Assembly: GCF_009914755.1 (NCBI RefSeq)
Contig: NC_060936.1
DNA length: 64,000 nt
Direction: 5' to 3' (one strand)
Origin: the human T2T-CHM13v2.0 reference genome, Homo sapiens
Positions 61,703-64,000 of the stretch are shown piece after piece; positions within the stretch are counted from its first letter, which is position 1; every line of letters begins with the position of its first letter. Below the pieces are notes generated by a model. That model had not been told where the DNA came from and ran no database searches. It was given only the letters and a program-made list of their open reading frames with translations. Made by a program: the position numbers and the translations under genes.

Positions 61703-64000
61703 ATTTGGTCTTTCATCATTTTCCTCAATGAGCTCCCAAATGTACCTTTGAAGAATGGACAAAAACAGTGTTTCCAAACTGCTGAATCAAAAGAAAGTTT
61801 TTACTCTGTGGGATGAATCCACGCATCATGAAGCAGTTTCTGAAAATGCTTTTTTCTAGTTTTTATGTGAAAACTTTTCCTTTTTCACCATAGACTTCCA
61901 TGCGCTCCCAAATATCCCATTGCAGATTCTTCACAAACATTGTTTTCAAACTGCTGAATGAAAATAAATTTTTAACTCTGTGAGAAGAATGCACACATCA
62001 CAAAGTGGTTTCTTATATAGCTTCCTTCTACTTTTTATCATGGGATATTTGTTTTTCCACATTTTGCCTTAATGAGCTCCCAAATGACCATTGGCAGAAT
62101 GGACAAAAACAGGGTTCCCAACCTCTGAATCCAAAGAAGTTTTTAACTCTGTTAGATGAATGCACAATCACAAAGCAGTTTCTCAGAAAGCTTCCTTCAC
62201 GTTTTTATCTGGAGATGTTTCCTTTTATGCCAAGGGCCTCAATGCACTCCCAAATATCCCTTCGCAGATTCTACAAAAGCAGTGTTTCCAAACTGCTGAA
62301 TGAAAAGAAATGTTTAAATCTATGAGATGAATGCACACATCACAAAGCAGTTTGTAATGTAGCTTACTTCTTGTTTATATCCCAGTGTATACCATTTTTC
62401 ACCTTTGGCCTCAGTGAGCTCCAAAGGGTACTTTCACATAATTGACTAAAACAGTGTTTCTGAACTGCTGAATCAAAAGAAAGGTTTAAAACTGTGAGAT
62501 GAGTGCACAATTTCAAGGCAATTTCTCTGAAAGCTTCTTTCCAGTTTTTATCTGAAGATATTTCCGTTTTGACCATAGGCCTCAATCTTCTCCAAAATGT
62601 CCATTCATAGAATAGACAAAACCAGTGTTTCCAAACTGCTGAAACCAAAGAAAGGTTAAACCCTGTGAGATGAAGTCACACATCAGAGAGCAGTTTCTCA
62701 GGTAGATTCCTTCTCGTTTTTATCCTGGTGTATTCCATTTTTGACATTGCCCTCAATGAGGCCTCCAATGTCCATTCGTAGAATGCACAAAAACAGGGTT
62801 TCCAAACTGCACAATTGAAAGAAATGTTTAACTGTGAGATGTAAGCACACATCACAAAGCAGTTTCTCAGAAAGCTTCTTTCTAGTTTTTATGTGAGGAT
62901 AATTCTTTTTCACGATAGGCCTCAATGTGCTCCCAAATATCCCTTCTCAGATTCTACAAAAACAGTATTTGCAATCTGTTGAATGAAAAGAAAGGTTTAA
63001 ATGTGCGAGATGAATGCAGAAATCACTAAGTGGTATCTCAGATAGATTCCTTCTAGTTTTCAACCTGGAATATAAGCTTTTTCACCACTGGCCTCAATGA
63101 GCTCCAAAATGTCCATTCACAGAATGGGCAAAAACAATGTTTCCAAACTGTAGAATTCAAAGAAAACTTTAACTGTGAGACAAATGCACACATCACAAAG
63201 CAGTTTCTCAGAAAGCTTCTTTCTAGTTTTTATCTGAAAATGTTTCCTTTTTCATAATAGGCCTCAATGCACACCCAAATATACCTTCGCAGATTCTATA
63301 AAAACAATATTTCCAAACTGTGGAAAGAAAACAAATGTTTAACTCTGTGAGATGAATGCACACATCACAATGTCGTTTCTCAGATAGCTTTCTTCTAGGT
63401 TTTATCCTGGGATATTTGTTTTATTGCCTTTGGCCTCAATGAGCTCTGAAATGTCTATTTGCATCATGCACAAAAGCAGTGTTTCCAAGCTGCTGAATCC
63501 AAAGAAAGATTTAACTCTGTGATATGAATGCACACCTCCAAAGCAGTTTCTCAGAAAGCTTCTTTCTTCTTTTTATCTGAAGATATTCCTGTTTCACCAT
63601 AGGTCTCAATGCGCTCTGAAATATCCCTTCACAGATTCTACAAAAACAGTGTTTCTAAACTGCTGAATGAAAAGACAGATTGAACTCTGAGAGATGAATG
63701 CACATATCACAAAGCAGTTTCTCAAATAGGTACCTTCTAGTTTTTATCTTGGGATATTCACTCTTTTGCCATTGGCTTCTGAGCTCCCAAATGTACATTC
63801 ACACAATGGACAAATCAGTGTTTCCAAACTGTGGTATTGAAAGAAATATTTAACTCTGAGATGAATGCACACAACACAAAGTAGTTTCTCAGAAAGGTTC
63901 TTTCTAATTTTTATCTGAAGATGTTTTCTTTTTCACCATAGGCTTCAATGTGCTCCCAAATAATCCTTCACACATTCAACAAAAACAGTGTTTCCAAACT
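61703..64000. repeat. Alpha satellite, dimeric layer (fairly regular alternation)
   Basis: TCTGAAGAT-type and CCTGGGAT-type monomers alternate to the window end. Confidence 0.92.

Overview
Non-genic primate (human or great-ape type) pericentromeric heterochromatin. Most of the window is divergent, non-HOR 171-bp alpha satellite in one orientation. The monomers carry pJalpha/A-type boxes (TTCCTTTTTCACCATAG) and I saw no CENP-B boxes. The satellite falls into about five layers that alternate between monomeric and old dimeric types. Seven retroelements interrupt it: five LINE-1 copies (a 5'-truncated L1PA4-like, a 5'-complete but 3'-truncated L1PA3, a twin-primed inverted L1PA2-like, a short L1PA5-like 3' end, and a full-length ~6.16-kb L1PA3/4), a solo LTR6 (HERVS71/HERV-T), and a heavily deleted HERV-K(HML-8)/MER11 provirus. 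There is no intact protein-coding gene: the ORF track is satellite noise or broken L1/env frames. I found no evidence of a new biological system. The notable signals are structural: a complex L1 breakpoint with an inverted alphoid patch, a ~140-bp near-identical tract 25.7 kb apart, filled and empty copies of one L1 site, a full-length L1 without a TSD, a collapsed provirus, and relic multi-monomer duplications. Subfamily names and consensus comparisons rely on diagnostics recalled from memory, and alignments were done by eye.
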